54,234 nt of DNA, filler included, from Sphacelaria rigidula (GCA_964200075.2; 3 parts of 3 records of this genome joined end to end with filler, not necessarily neighbours in it), one strand, 5' to 3'; numbered from the whole stretch's first letter, positions 35,810 to 48,757 are shown. Made by a program: numbers and translations. The notes: generated by a model not told the origin, from the letters alone.

Positions 35810-36101
35810 ATCTCGAAGTACCCTGGTACCGTAGGTATCGTAGGTATGACATTTCAAAATACTGAATTGGGCGGGTACGGTAGGTATTGAAATCTCGAAA
35901 TACCCTGGTATCGTTCGTATGTATCGTAGGTATAGCATTTGAAAATATCGGATTTGGCAGGTACGGTAGGTATTGAAATCTCGAAATACCTTGGTATCGT
36001 AGGTATTGCATGTAGGAGTTTCGAAAATACCGGATTGGGTCGGTATCGGTAGGGTATGAGATGTCCCAAATACCGGTACCGGGTACCTCCCTTACCCTCT
36101 A
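35810..36101. repeat. ~84-bp tandem array (about 3 copies) ending in CCCTCTA; probable hAT-like MITE end
   Basis: Repeated ggtacggtaggtattgaaatctcgaaatacc units. Confidence 0.7.
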
Positions 36102-36126
36102 TACCGAATTCAAAACTGTCATCTGG

Positions 36127-36226
36127 NNNNNNNNNNNNNNNNNNNNNNNNNNNNNNNNNNNNNNNNNNNNTTAATTAATTAANNNNNNNNNNNNNNNNNN
36201 NNNNNNNNNNNNNNNNNNNNNNNNNN
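36127..36226. other. Artificial contig-join spacer (N44-TTAATTAATTAA-N44)
   Basis: Identical structure to 18018-18117. Confidence 0.97.
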
Positions 36227-38214
36227 TTTTCCCACCAGGCCAGCCTGTCGTTGGCGCCTCCCCCCTTCCTGCGGCCCCGCCCCCGTTTCTTTTCTGCAGG
36301 GGGGGGGGGGGGGGGGGGCGAGAAGCACGACAAGTAAGAAGTGAGGGCAGTGGGGAGATGGGTATCGAATAAAATCTGAAAAATTCGTTTCATTTTGCCA
36401 GCATACATATGTCGTCTTAGCGATTTGGTGGGTGAAAGCGATGAACCGACTTCTAGGGATGCAGAGCGCATTCCTCTCCTGCGTCTTCATGGCGTCTGTA
36501 TTGAACAATATCTGGACAACAACATCTTATTTTTGCAGTTTATTTCGAATTTTGTCACATTATGCAGCAGCCTTCTGTTTACCATTGCCCCCCGCCCCCG
36601 CTGAAGCTCCTCCTGACCACGGCATGTTGGTCAGAGCCGTGAGAGCTGCAAATGAAAACTTCAGAAAACAATCGGGACGCACGAGCTACGGCAGCGATTC
36701 GAGATGTAACTCGCTGATAGTCGCGACGCCCATATCCCGTAACTCACATACCTCGGGCTCACTCCACACCCCACCACTGTTGCTTAGTCGTGCTTGCACT
36801 TGCCCTTGTATCTCGGCTGCTTCCTACACACTGAGGCTCTGAACTGTTTCACGCACATGATCTCATCACATTTGTCCCGAAATGGCTTCGAGATACTTCA
36901 ACCGCAATTCAGGACTGCAAAATTACTATCCGCTTCTGCGCAAAAGCTCGATTATTTTCGAACACAGAATCGACCATTTTTTTCGTTGACTGAGCGGCGT
37001 TGTACGGCCGAAGTATTTCCAGCAGGCGGCTCGATGTTCGGAATAGGGCTGTCCCCGGTCGAGTACCATGCACTATTGGGGAATATCAATAATGACTTAT
37101 TATTGTAGACGATACTAATACTAAAATTAATCATGAATGGATCCATGCCCAATTCTGTTTTATTCACTGTCAAGGCACGGTGCGTTCCACGCCGGACATT
37201 GTCGGGGGTAAATGCGTGCTACCATGCGGAGTGTCCACCTGTGGGACATTACGCGTGTCTTGGTGCGGAGCTGATGCACCGTGCATTGCGGCGGGCATGC
37301 GTAATGTCTTCACGCCGAACTTATGCCACGCGCATCACACAACATGGGTTGCTGGATTTTGTAACCTGGGAACGTTGCCAGCGGCACCTTCCATAACCTT
37401 GCACCTTGCGGTCGCGAACGTTACGTGAGCTGAGACGTTACGCGGGTACGTTACAGAATCTGCCAGGTTCCAAAATGCGCATAGACTTCGTCACAGAAGG
37501 TCGACCTTAACCCCTTCAAATAACGTGTATGAGGGGCCACCTGTGTAGGGGGGGTGCACTTTTTCCAATTTCACGAAGTGAATTTGGTTTCTGTTCCGTG
37601 TAAAAATTAGACAAACCATTTTTTGCGGCTCGATTTTTGCGACTTTTATTTGCTGTATTTTTTCACGAAAACCCCTGTTGATTTCGGTCTTTTGGGGGAA
37701 AACTGTGTCAAACAGAAACCAAACGCATCCTGCTCCAAGGGGAACCTGGACACACAGCAGTTGCTGCTGCCTACCTAGTATCATCCTGCAAATCGAAGTC
37801 TTGGGTGAGAACGCTCAGCGTGCAGCTGCTTGACGCGACCATTGCGTTCTGCCAAGGACTCTTCCCCACGTACCCGACAAGGGGGCAACATCCCCGTACA
37901 GACAGTAGCAATGCTAGCGGATCCTACGTCTTGATAGTCTGGCAGCCGGTAATGTGGTTATGGTTGTGTCCTTCTAGCGATATCAACTTACAGTGCACTG
38001 GAGCAGACTTTGCAGGTGAATATCTCGGCGATTGCCTCACCTGCAGTTCGCCCAGACGTTGCGGATTTTTTAACGATCTCACTGAGTAACATTACATACA
38101 TGTGAAAAGTACCAGACCCTGCACTACAATTGGAAATGTACCAGACCTTGGACAAAGATTTTTACAGTCAGTACGAACACGATGTAAAAAGTGCACTGCG
38201 CACAGTGTGTTGTG

Positions 38215-38317
38215 TATGCTGTCGTCCCATCTATTCTGGACGCCGGTCTCCACCTTTCAGTATATGTGGGCGCACCAGTCGGGGTCACACAGGAGGAAGG
38301 CCAACACAGGAGTTTTT
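38215..38317 (-). mobile_element. 3' fragment of the tRNA-SINE family
   Basis: gtcgtcccatctattctgga...aacacaggagtttt matches the reverse complement of ~9561-9655. Confidence 0.75.
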
Positions 38318-39524
38318 ATCGGTAGGCAGCCATTACAGCGACTGAAGCGGCCTTTCACTCCTGCGTGCGCCACGTGGGGAAAACGCACACTGTAGCTGCA
38401 ACACGGACAGCTTTCCAAAATGTGGCGTGGCGACATAGCGCGTAGCCAGGGGTGATATCCCGCGTACACGTTGGCGGCAGGTACAAGCGGCTGCGCTCAT
38501 GATGTGGCGAACTGCATAGGACAGCGCGAAATCAATGCAGGACAGGGATAAGCTAAGGATGTGACGTCCTGCGGTGTGCTTTGCCACCCTGCATCCTGCC
38601 GCTGTGCAGGGAGCAGGTAGCACAGCCGAAGGCGTCAAGCTGCGGTTGGTACGCAGTGTACGCAGTGTCGAACACAGCACAAGCAGCATATTTTAAATAC
38701 TGTACATGATGTATGTTCTAAAGATCGATGCGCACGTACACACAGCAACCACTATCGCCATCATCCATCGATCAGGGAGGTACCCCCCTCCTCAAACAGG
38801 GTACCCGGGGTCCCCCCCCCCTCCCCTCCTACGGCCCCAGAATGAGGTTTGGGCGACTTGGGGGGGGGGGGTGGTGCCGTCATTTCCCGATATGGGCCCC
38901 CTCGGCCCAGCGTGCAGCTGCTTGACGCTTGACGTTATCTCCCGTCTACCCGAGGAATAGCAGTTCGCAACTTATAGTCTATGGCATACCGGGAAGCAGG
39001 TCCTGTACGTGTACTTGAAGACAGGCATGGTAGTGGCTGGGACTAGCGGGACGACCTAGCGGGAATCTGCCGAGAAACGACGAAACGACCATAGCGTCTC
39101 AGCGCCGGCTTGCTGCGGACCCTTGCGAATGTAGGGTGACAGCGATAACAAGAACACTATTTATGGTTCAATACAACTTTACGCTTCCGTGCAACGACAC
39201 ATCACCATACCCTGGGTGCGTGCGGCAGAGCTTCATTGTAGAGCCACTTCTACAAGGGCCCAGCCGACACCACTCCGATTCCACCGCCGCAATCCAAGAC
39301 TGCAACGTCACAAACATCGGAATAAATTGAAATTGGAAGCGCCCTGGGCACAGGGCAATATATTAATCCAATTTGTTTTGAGGCTGCACACAGAGGCCCA
39401 CACGTTTGGCATCGAGAGGTTCCGGAGTCCAGAGCCTCAGAAAAACGTTGTGCGCCCCTACCGTACGTCGAACAACAACTTTCTAGTTGTTGGAGTCGAC
39501 CACGACGATACGAGTTCCTCATTT

Positions 39525-40410
39525 CCGAATTCCAGATTATTTACGAAAATGAGGTTCAACTCCAAAACAGAGCTTTCCCTGACCTAAAGTCGTGACAAAT
39601 GACTCTCATATGGACAACGTCATGCTGTGATGAAGCTCAGAGGCGTTGCAAGATATACTCTGTGCGGGTCTGCTCGTAGACCCTGGATTCTGTGACGCGT
39701 TGTTATCGCGTTTGCTGCTGTCATAAGTTAGGGTTGTTTAGCCGCGGCCCCACGCAGCGGCGCCCCTTCTTGATCAGTTGCTGCTCTTGCCGTGGTCTAC
39801 CCTGGGCCATCACTACGCTCTGCTCCTATCTATGGCTACCTTGCGGCTGTACTGAGTAAGGGAGGCTCGTAGATAAAACATGATGCTAAGCAAACACGTG
39901 AGTTCCTTATCAAGAGTCTGAACATGAATGAATCTACTTGTGATAAGTCAAGAGTGGATAGCTAGGTCTGTGTGAGTTTGCCCACGTGGGAGCTTGGTGA
40001 GGCTGACACCATGGTATCTCCTGGCACTCATACTGAGAGACCCCAGCCACTGCATTAGCTACTTTCCATATGACAATGCCCCCCCACCTCCCTGAAACTA
40101 TTTTTGGGCGGTTCCCCTTCCGTTTCCCTGACGGGTATATATGTCCGAAGGCATATACCCTATTCTCAGACTAAAAAAAAAGTATTTTTTGTCACCCCGA
40201 TATCGAGGCAATAAGGTGCTCCGTAAACACCCTCTAGGGGAAAGGACGACGGGACACCCTCGAAAATAGTTTCAGGGAGGTTGGGGGGCATGAGGTCGTG
40301 CCTATGAAAGTCATTTGTAGCGACTTTAGGTCAGGAGAGCACTGCTTTTGAGTTAAACCTCATTTTTTCAAATGTTCAAACTATTTTTCGAAATTAATCT
40401 GTCGAATTTC
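39525..40410. mobile_element. Foldback / long-TIR element whose left arm is interrupted by a solo LTR
   Basis: Left arm (39546-39625 plus 40076-~40103) is the reverse complement of the right arm (40263-40366). Confidence 0.75.
39626..40075. mobile_element. Solo LTR-like insertion (450 bp, TG...CA) with 4-bp TSD ATGC
   Basis: TGTGAT...ATGACA ends; ATGC at 39622-39625 and 40076-40079; the empty site is preserved in the opposite foldback arm. Confidence 0.75.
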
Positions 40411-40424
40411 TAGTCGTTGGAAGC

Positions 40425-40900
40425 CGGTCGCTCTGGTGGCTCAGTTGGTAGCCTCGAAACCTTCTGACAGCCGGGTCGTGGGTTCGAATCTCGATGCCGT
40501 CACAGAGTCATCCTAAGGTAGGGGGGGGGGGGGTATTTGATTGCACCAAAAAAGAGGCTCAAAACTGTGTCAGACTACCCGCCACACTCGCGGTGCCCTT
40601 GTATTTGGTTTTAAACGGTGTCAAAAGGTATGAACAAGCGTTATATATCTATAATAAGCTCGTTCGAGCAACCGTTTCTTCTTTCAAGGACGATTTGACT
40701 TGGAATTTCGTGCAAGAAGTGGCCCAAAATATCCCCCCCCCCCTATCGTAGGATGACTCCGCACCATCTGGGATTTTTCTCACACCATGTCCAACAGTGG
40801 ACAGGGACTATGTCATGGTTACACAACGTTCGATTTCACGGTCGAGTAATAACACCTTGGCTTGTCGGAGACTGGGACGGACGCGGGACGGCACACACAG
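40425..40900 (+). mobile_element. tRNA-derived SINE (A box 40437-40448, B box 40481-40491), split by a MITE
   Basis: TGGCTCAGTTGG and GGTTCGAATCT; resumes after the MITE with cgcaCCA and a body shared with 9305-9680; acggcacacaca tail. Confidence 0.8.
40505..40759. mobile_element. MITE (255 bp), TIR GAGTCATCCTA..TAG-polyG, TSD CACA/CGCA
   Basis: Ends are near-perfect inverted repeats; inserted at the 3' end of the SINE tRNA head. Confidence 0.85.
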
Positions 40901-40967
40901 TGCTCATCGCATTCGTTCACCGAACATGCCAAAAGAGCAGCAAGCATCCGTGACCTAAAACGGGGAA

Positions 40968-41229
40968 GAGTCTTTGTACGATAGCCCCCGCCCAAAACCA
41001 GCTCAAAGCCGTCACGCAAAAAGTGGTCATACAACACCTGATGTTTGGTTTCAGGCTTCATGAAGCACCTCACATGGGCGACATTGGCGGAAACTAACCC
41101 AAGCGTGGGAAGTCCCAGCTGTTCGTTGTGCTCGCTTTTCTTCATTTCGATTTACATGTAGGTTTTGCCTCCGCACACCACCCACTTTTGGGCCCACTTT
41201 TGGGGGGGAGGGCTATCATATAAATAGTC
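40968..41229. mobile_element. MITE (262 bp), 4-bp TSD GGAA; inverted relative of 31360-31611
   Basis: Internal sequence homologous to 31360-31611; GGAA on both sides. Confidence 0.88.
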
Positions 41230-41650
41230 GGAACCGCAATTTCATTGGCGTGCTGGGTGGTGGCCACAAGCCAGGAAAAAATCACATCTTGAAGCTGGCT
41301 GCTCCGCAAGAAGTCTGTAGTTGTCGAGTTATACTCGTTTGTTAAACGGAATGTCAAGTCATGTCTAGCCTCCGTCAACATTTTGAAAACGATCAACGTA
41401 AAAGAGTAATCGTACATACGGAGGGTTGCGTGAAACCAGCATTACATGCATACGCATACAGCAACATGCAAACACAGTCCGAGAGACGATGGGAGAAAAA
41501 TCTTACTATACGCTTCGTAATCATTTACAATAGTTAATGACCAAGCCGGGTGCTTACTTAAATGAAAGCGAGCGACCGCACACGTAGGGAGCAACGGATT
41601 CTGCAAAAAGGTGGGAAAGGGAAAACAATCGCCGCAGAATCCACTAAAAA

Positions 41651-42549
41651 CTACAAAGGCTTGAAAAACGAATCTATCCTCCTCGTCGGCCCAACGTTAC
41701 CCGCCTTAGTACTTGTGCGCCGCCCGACGCCACCACCAACAGCAGTGGAACCTCGCCCTCGCCCTCCCCCCTCTTCTCTTTTCCTTTTTTCACCAGAGCT
41801 ATTGCCGCCTCCGATACCGTGATTTACCGCTGACGTTCGACTTATACTTGCCCTATCTCGTGCGACATCACCCTCACGGCTATACCGCTGTTGTAGGTCC
41901 TGAGCGTAGTGGAAATCAAGGTGTTCAGGCATCAGACCGGCCTCGATGAACACCCCACATTTCGTGCAAGGAGACCTCTCCTCGCCTTCCCATACGTCTT
42001 CACCCCAAGCACCCTCTCGCCCTGTCGCGGCCACAACAACGGCAGAAGTCATCGTCGACATCAATGATGCTTCCCCTGTACTCCGGGGAGCCTTCGCTAC
42101 GCTTGATGATTCCGAGTCGCCAACCCTCACGGTGCTCTCGCTAGTCAATCCGGCTGCTGCTGCCATTACCGCAGCGGGGGCGTCGGTGGTCATCTTCGCT
42201 CCTAGAGCGCCGCCGCCCCCGTGGTTTTCTGAACTATTGTGCATAGATCCTCGTCTCTTTCCTGAAAAGGGTGAGCTCCTGGTGCTGGTGCCACACCTCT
42301 CATTCATCTCCCCGCTCGGCGACGACAGCTGTTCCTGCGAGTTCATCTCAGAAGAGGTCGCTGCTGCAGGTTTGTTCTCAGTCGGAGCGGCGCGAAGAAA
42401 TGAGGCGATAGACCCCCGCCCCGAGACCAAACTGTCGAATTCGTGCGCTGTGAGAGCCAGACGGTTGCAGGGCAGTGTATTCTCCGTCTTGTCGAAGACG
42501 GACATCGCCTCCGACACCAGAGCCTCTGCGCTCGGAGCTTCGGTCCCCC
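41651..42549 (-). CDS. POLH: POLH last exon (end of little finger, UBZ zinc finger, basic NLS-like KRKR, PIP box)
   Basis: CAG acceptor 42550-42552; CTKCGVFIEAGLMPEHLDFHYAQDLQ; TRRIDSFFKPL-stop. Confidence 0.9.
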
Positions 42550-45500
42550 CTGTGCGGTATACAAGGTGTTCGAGAGTTATGCGTATACAGGGGAAACGTT
42601 TGTAGCGTACAGTATATGTGCGTGCCGCGCCCAGGTGATTTAATGGTACAACTGATACCATTACTATGTCTGCAAAATCTACTTCTTACCCCTCTTACTA
42701 ATAATAGTCTTTTCAAGAGTCAGACACTCAACCATACGGAACGAGGGGATTTTGCTCATCTCAGACCCTATCAAACACACTCTAGAAAGCATGCAAACTC
42801 CGAACAACACAACAGATATCGGAAAGAGCTACGGCTGCCCCCCTCTGAACTATTCCGAACCGTACTTCAAGGTGGAAGCAACGGCACACATGCGCGTGGA
42901 GCCTGCTCGACTAATATTTACTTGGTATACAACAAACTGAGGGGGCAAAGCACACACACACGAGGGATGACTTTGCAGCGGAGTGATGGAATGTACACTA
43001 CAGTACTGTTTCGTGTGTGGGTTGCCACCGCTGCCAACGAGCCAATCCCGCTGTCCTCAGCTTTCGAAGAAATCTCGAGGTGAACAGCAAACATCGTGGC
43101 TGTAGCGGCGACAACGCAGCACAGTTTCTCAATCTCACTTCCGAACATGACCACAGGGCAGCCGATTTTGACATTCATACCAATCCACCACCCGCTGTCC
43201 TGTATGCCCTCGTGTATAGATTTTCATTGGGGGCTGCTCCCAGAGTGAACCTCGGGATATTTCTTTTGCAGAATAAGTGCAAGACCCAGGTGGTCCTCCC
43301 TAGCGGTCAAAAATATCACCTCATGTTTGGACATGTAGATATGCTGATAGTGTTGCCGTATTGTTGCAGAATGTTTCAACAAGTGCTCCAGCTCTTCTTG
43401 AAATTAGTCGACGGATTCTTCCGTTAGAACGACCCAGGGACGCTCAGCCGGGAAAGGGCGACTTGGAGAGGAGGCGGGTATTACTCGCATGAACTGCGGT
43501 GATGTTTTTGTGTTCAGGCATTTCAAACGACAACAACAACAACAACAACAACAACAACAGTAGCAGCATCAGCACCAGCACCAGCACCGGCACCAATAAT
43601 AACAAGAACAACCACAATCATCGAACATACGCCCATGAATGCTGGTCGGATCCAACCGTTCCCCATTTGAACACTTTCCGTTGCCCTGGGAGAGCACTCG
43701 GCACGCAGTAGGAGGAGCTCTGACAGCAATGAGCGCTGCCAGAGAGAAGGCCTTTCCAGCGATACCAGCGTAGACGCAAGCGAGATCGCGGTTCAATGGC
43801 TACCAACTTCATACCAAAGGTGCACTTTCTCTGTACAGCACTGAGGGACTACTCTGTTGCTGTAGTTTTGTACGGTAGGCATTGCTGCATTTGATCACAG
43901 ATGGGCCTGTCGGCTCTCGTTGGGTTGCGTGTCGAGTGCGGTCGGGCCGGTACCGCATACGAACAACATACACACGCACACACAGCACAACTATATACGG
44001 TCAGTTTCAGCTTTAAAACGAGTGTGTCTGTCGCCCACATGCAAGGCGACGTGATCGAAAGGCAGCAACGCTCGCGAGCGGGCGGGCCGTGTGGTAGTGC
44101 TGCCGTACTGTCACGCTGGGTAGTCCGCTGGCAAAACATGAGGACGAAGACAAGTCACACCGACAAACTTCACCTGGGCGGGTGGGCTTCATCGTATGCC
44201 GCTCATGGTTTCGCGCCGATGATTAACTCGTTCGGTCTAGAACAATCACAAAAGCTGCCCTCCAACCAGGAACGTACCCTAGTTTTCCCTCCATAATTTC
44301 AGGAGACAGGTGAAGGTTTTTTTCCGGGCCTGTACGCACTTGTGTGTAAACTGAAAAAACTCCACCACATTTGGATCTTCACCTCATTATAAGGGAAGAA
44401 AAACGAAAAATAGGTTTTGCCAAACCGGCACCCTATTACGTCGGACAAAACCCGGGTTCGTTTCCCGCAAGATGCATTTAACTTGGGTTTATTTTTCAAG
44501 AATATCTGATATCCATCGTTGAAGACACGAGGACGTACGTGAGTAGCGAAGATAGTCCGCTTGACTGAGCGTGTTAGAAAACAATCGACGTGGTTCGGGA
44601 GTGGTGGTCATGATCCAATCCGCGATACCAGAATGGAGAGGTGATGATCATGATCCGATCCGCGATAGCATAATGCAAGGCGTGTACCGGGGGGGAGATA
44701 GATTGATCTCTCGCGACCACAGATTTGTCCCGAAGAAGGGGCGGGGACGTAAGTCGAACAATACATATTTATATATAGTTATAGACTTGGTACAAAAATT
44801 TACCGCAAAAATTTTACGCCTGGCTTGTGCAGTATTGCGAAATGAATTTGTATGTACAATCGCGTTGTGGGCGAGGTACCAATGGCGATGCTTCGACAAC
44901 GACGCATGATCCACCCTTCGGATAGTGGGGCCACATTTCCTGCGGGGGGAAAAGGCAAGGTGCTTCTATCTACTACACTTTGCGCTCACCAGGAATATCG
45001 ACGGTGCGCGATCGAGTGTAGGCTGCTGCTCTCCAGCCATCCCGAGACCCTCGTGTCGCATTCCCGCTGTAAGTGCCCAAAAAATGAGCGCAAAAACAGA
45101 TACGCCAAACCGAAGATGGACGGGAAAAGATATGGTCGGTCTGGGGAGGGGGGCTGATGTGTGAGGATTCCCACAATTGTAGGCTGCGCCACCGACCCAA
45201 ACCTAGAACACCGGCCTGCGCCAAAATATAAGACGTCATGGTCAAGCATTCAGTGCTGCAGGGCTGTTACAAGACGAATGCACCTGCTTACTCTCAACGG
45301 CAGTTCCCGTACTCACCATATTCCATGTCCAAACTCTGGCACACCCTACACGCGTCCACGATCACATCGTACCTGTCACCCTGCTTGGAAGATATTATCT
45401 GAAGAGTGAGCTTGGTAGCTCTTCGACTCCACGCTCCCCTATCCACGCCAATCCGATGTGCCAGCTCCTGACACAAGAGCTTCATCCACTGCAGAACACC

Positions 45501-48500
45501 GTCACGGTCGCGGATGGGCCTGCCAACGTGGACACAAGTGATACAGGGCTTCGGTTGAAAGAGGCCAAAACTAGTGGCACAATATGCAGAATATAGTATA
45601 CCATAAAAAAACTGAGATATCGTCACAATCGGCGCAGTGACTATCGAGATTGCCCGCGGTACAGCTCCAAATGTTGGGGGCTTTGGTTGTTGCCGCCCGC
45701 GGCTGGTCCGACGAAAACCTGGCGTGCTCCGTCCCGACTTTGTAGGGGCGGAACCTCTATCGGGTTGGCGTCGGTTGGCGATGACGCTGTAGAACATGCC
45801 ACTTATTGTGTAAGCTAGGCAACCAGGTTACCGATTTGTTCTTGCGCGCTTGCGTTTTTTTTGCGGTAACCGTGATGGTGGTCGAGCTAGATCATATTGT
45901 GCGGGGTGGGAGAACCTCAACTCTGCGCAAAGGAGATGATCGTACTACGCGGTGTTTAAATGGAGAGACACCCCATGAGCCAGTCTATTAGCCGTGGCTG
46001 TCTCTGGGAGTGATGATACCAGATAATATAGCAATTCATTATAGGCTGTCATCCAAATGCAAGTTATCATTAGGCTTCGGGCCGAACGATCTCAGCAGGA
46101 TGCAGCTAACCCTTCAAGCGACTCGCCGAACACACCACGGCGCTTCGCGCTTGGAAATTGATTGCAAACCTGGTCTGGCGAAAACCCGGCGTGCTTCGTC
46201 CCGGCTTTGTAGGAATGCGACGTCAATGGCCATATGACGATGGCATGCAATATCATAAGTACCCCCCAAAAAAATGTGCTCAGCGTATACCAGAAGTCCA
46301 CGCGATTACTCCACATGTACCATCCCTGCCCCTCCCTGACGCAGTCAACTTCTCGGCAACACTCACGCGAAAGACTTGCACACGCTCAGGCTTTTAGGCT
46401 TGAGATTAGGCGTTACGGCTTCATCGTCCATCCCGCGACATATCCGCCAGAGCCACACCCCCGTCTTCGGGCCAAACTTGGCGGCCAGTTCGTCCTGGCC
46501 GAATTTCTGCGAGAGAATAGCACCCCATGTTCGGTCGTGATGAGTGGGGATGCCGGTTGCTTCACGGTGTCACCTCAAAATGCAACGTAGTCGCCGCTTG
46601 CCTCACGGCATCGGGTACGAGTTCAACGAGTGATTTCGCACGTAACGAGAAAGAACGCTCCATGATGAAAAATGACATAAGTACAATACTCCCCCGAGAG
46701 CTGCTGCCCGCCTCCATCTCCAGTATATCCATCATCGTGTACACTGTGCTCAAGTGAAAAAAGTATGTGTGCAACGGAACAGGCTTCTGACGGCACATGA
46801 CGTACAACGGGGGCATTGCCGTAGGGCCACTATTATAGAGTGGCGAGCGCTACACCTTGAGGTCCGAGGCAGTCTCCGCTTTACTCCACGCTCCAACTAA
46901 TTCGCCGAGCTTGCCGCCGAGGCCTCGAAGGTTGTGAAGAGGCACTGTGTCCAGCATCTCCGACGCAGCTCCCGCTGGCACCACGGTCTGGTCACCAGAT
47001 GGCAGCACGTGCACAGCAACCGCGAAAACTACCTCAGCAAAAAGGTGTTAGCAAATCGCCTGTGAATACGCTTGAACGTCGTGCATTTACCCGCAAGGAG
47101 TTGAAGAAGAAAAAAGGCGGGCCTGGAACAAAGCCGAGAAACCGGCGTTCCGGAAAGCCTACAAAAGAGCGTGGGTGGACGAATGTCTATCCTTCTACAC
47201 ATGAATGTAGTGCCGATAACGCACTCCCACCTGCTTGTTAGGCTTGTTCCTGCTCGACGCCAATTTTGCCAGCACCTTGTTGGAAGCAATCCCGGCGGAT
47301 ACCGTGAATCCGAGCTCTTCCTCCACTGCTAGGCGCATTGCTGCGGTCAGTCGCGCCCCGGCAAGAAGCGCACGGTCGAAGGCGTTCGTCGGGTCCACGC
47401 GGTGTCCAGCAGTGCCCTGCACGCAGGGCCAGAAGAGATCAAGCGAAAAAAGAAGTCGGCATTTCACCCAGATACGAGAACTACCCGCAAGATTTCTGAA
47501 CGAACTTATGCGGGGCGCGGGACGATTTTATGTCAGTAAATGCGTCTTGTGGTCAGTGGATGATGTGGACAGACTTGTTGAGACACCACACTCTGGACAA
47601 AAGATTACATTGACAAAAAGTGTACTACGCACAGTATCGACTATTGCGTCTATTGCAATAAACAACAGATTTCATACTGTACGCAGTACATTTTCCGACA
47701 ATGTAATCTCTTGTCCAGGGTGTAAAATGTACGCACGCAACAGAATCTATCTGCAACACACAGGCAAACGTATCAGCCGAACGTAAGAGTAAGAGTACAA
47801 GGGTGTGTATAAAGGGAGAGCAAAATGTACACACTGATGAGCAAACGCCAACGAACAACAAGTCAAAGTGCGCATTCAGAACGGTGCCGATGGAAACACA
47901 CATGTCGAGAAAGAGTTTGAGGAACGCAATGAAGAAGCACCGAGCAACGGCAAAGAAAAGCCAAGGAGAGAATGCAAGCCTTCACACCTGTAAATCAGTT
48001 TCTGGGGCATTTTCAAGGTCGGGTGCTTCGCCTGCCTCCGCGTCTTGGCATAGCTTCGCCGCCTCCTCCGTGAAATCCAAGTAAGCTTCATCGATAGACG
48101 CTCTCTCCACGCGACGGCAGTGGTTCTGGGAGTCGAGGATAGTCGGCATGGAATACAGCATAGCACCCACAGCGATGAGGCTCCACACACTACGATTACT
48201 TCTTTAGCTCGACGACAAGCAAAAAATACCGTTGAAAGCAGGTGACAAAGTTGGGAAACATTAATCAACGCGACGTAAAGAACGATAATGAACAGTTCGT
48301 GGCACTGTAAGGAATGCTGGGCACAACGGCCCAGCCTTGCGCGTTGTATGCCAACATCACGAAGGGCCGGAGAGGGGGTGGGTCTTGGTTTAGCATAGTG
48401 GTTGTCATCCGATGGGCAGTTGAAAAGGGCCTGGATCCTATCGGGGAACGAACGCGTTGAACTATGTTATCCGCTACAGCGCCGTTGGCTCATCTCGCCA

Positions 48501-48717
48501 GGTCATGTACCCCCTGTCCCGTCCCTCAAGCCTCACCTGAAAGATGGCCATAATCGCGAAGCTTGCTACCCTGTACCTGAGGGTAGCGACGCACAAGTAT
48601 CCAAAAGCATCCGAACAGAGAGGGGATAAAACAGGGAGAGATGAAGAATACCGAAGACAGAGTCAACGATGACAGGGTATAATACCAGTGGAGAACTGTT
48701 CAGTGCGCGCGGCGAGG

Positions 48718-48757
<40 letters not shown>

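Noticed and set aside
35810..36101. CRISPR-like array
   Set aside because: Units are degenerate tandem repeats without unique spacers; eukaryotic context; no cas genes.
39604..40075. Alternative solo-LTR start at 39604 with ATGAC/ATGCC TSD
   Set aside because: 39604-39625 aligns with the opposite foldback arm, so the insertion starts at 39626.
40425..40504. Functional tRNA gene
   Set aside because: A and B boxes are present, but the acceptor and anticodon stems do not pair and the sequence continues into a SINE body found elsewhere.
41946..42605. 219-aa + strand ORF
   Set aside because: Antisense shadow of the POLH last exon.
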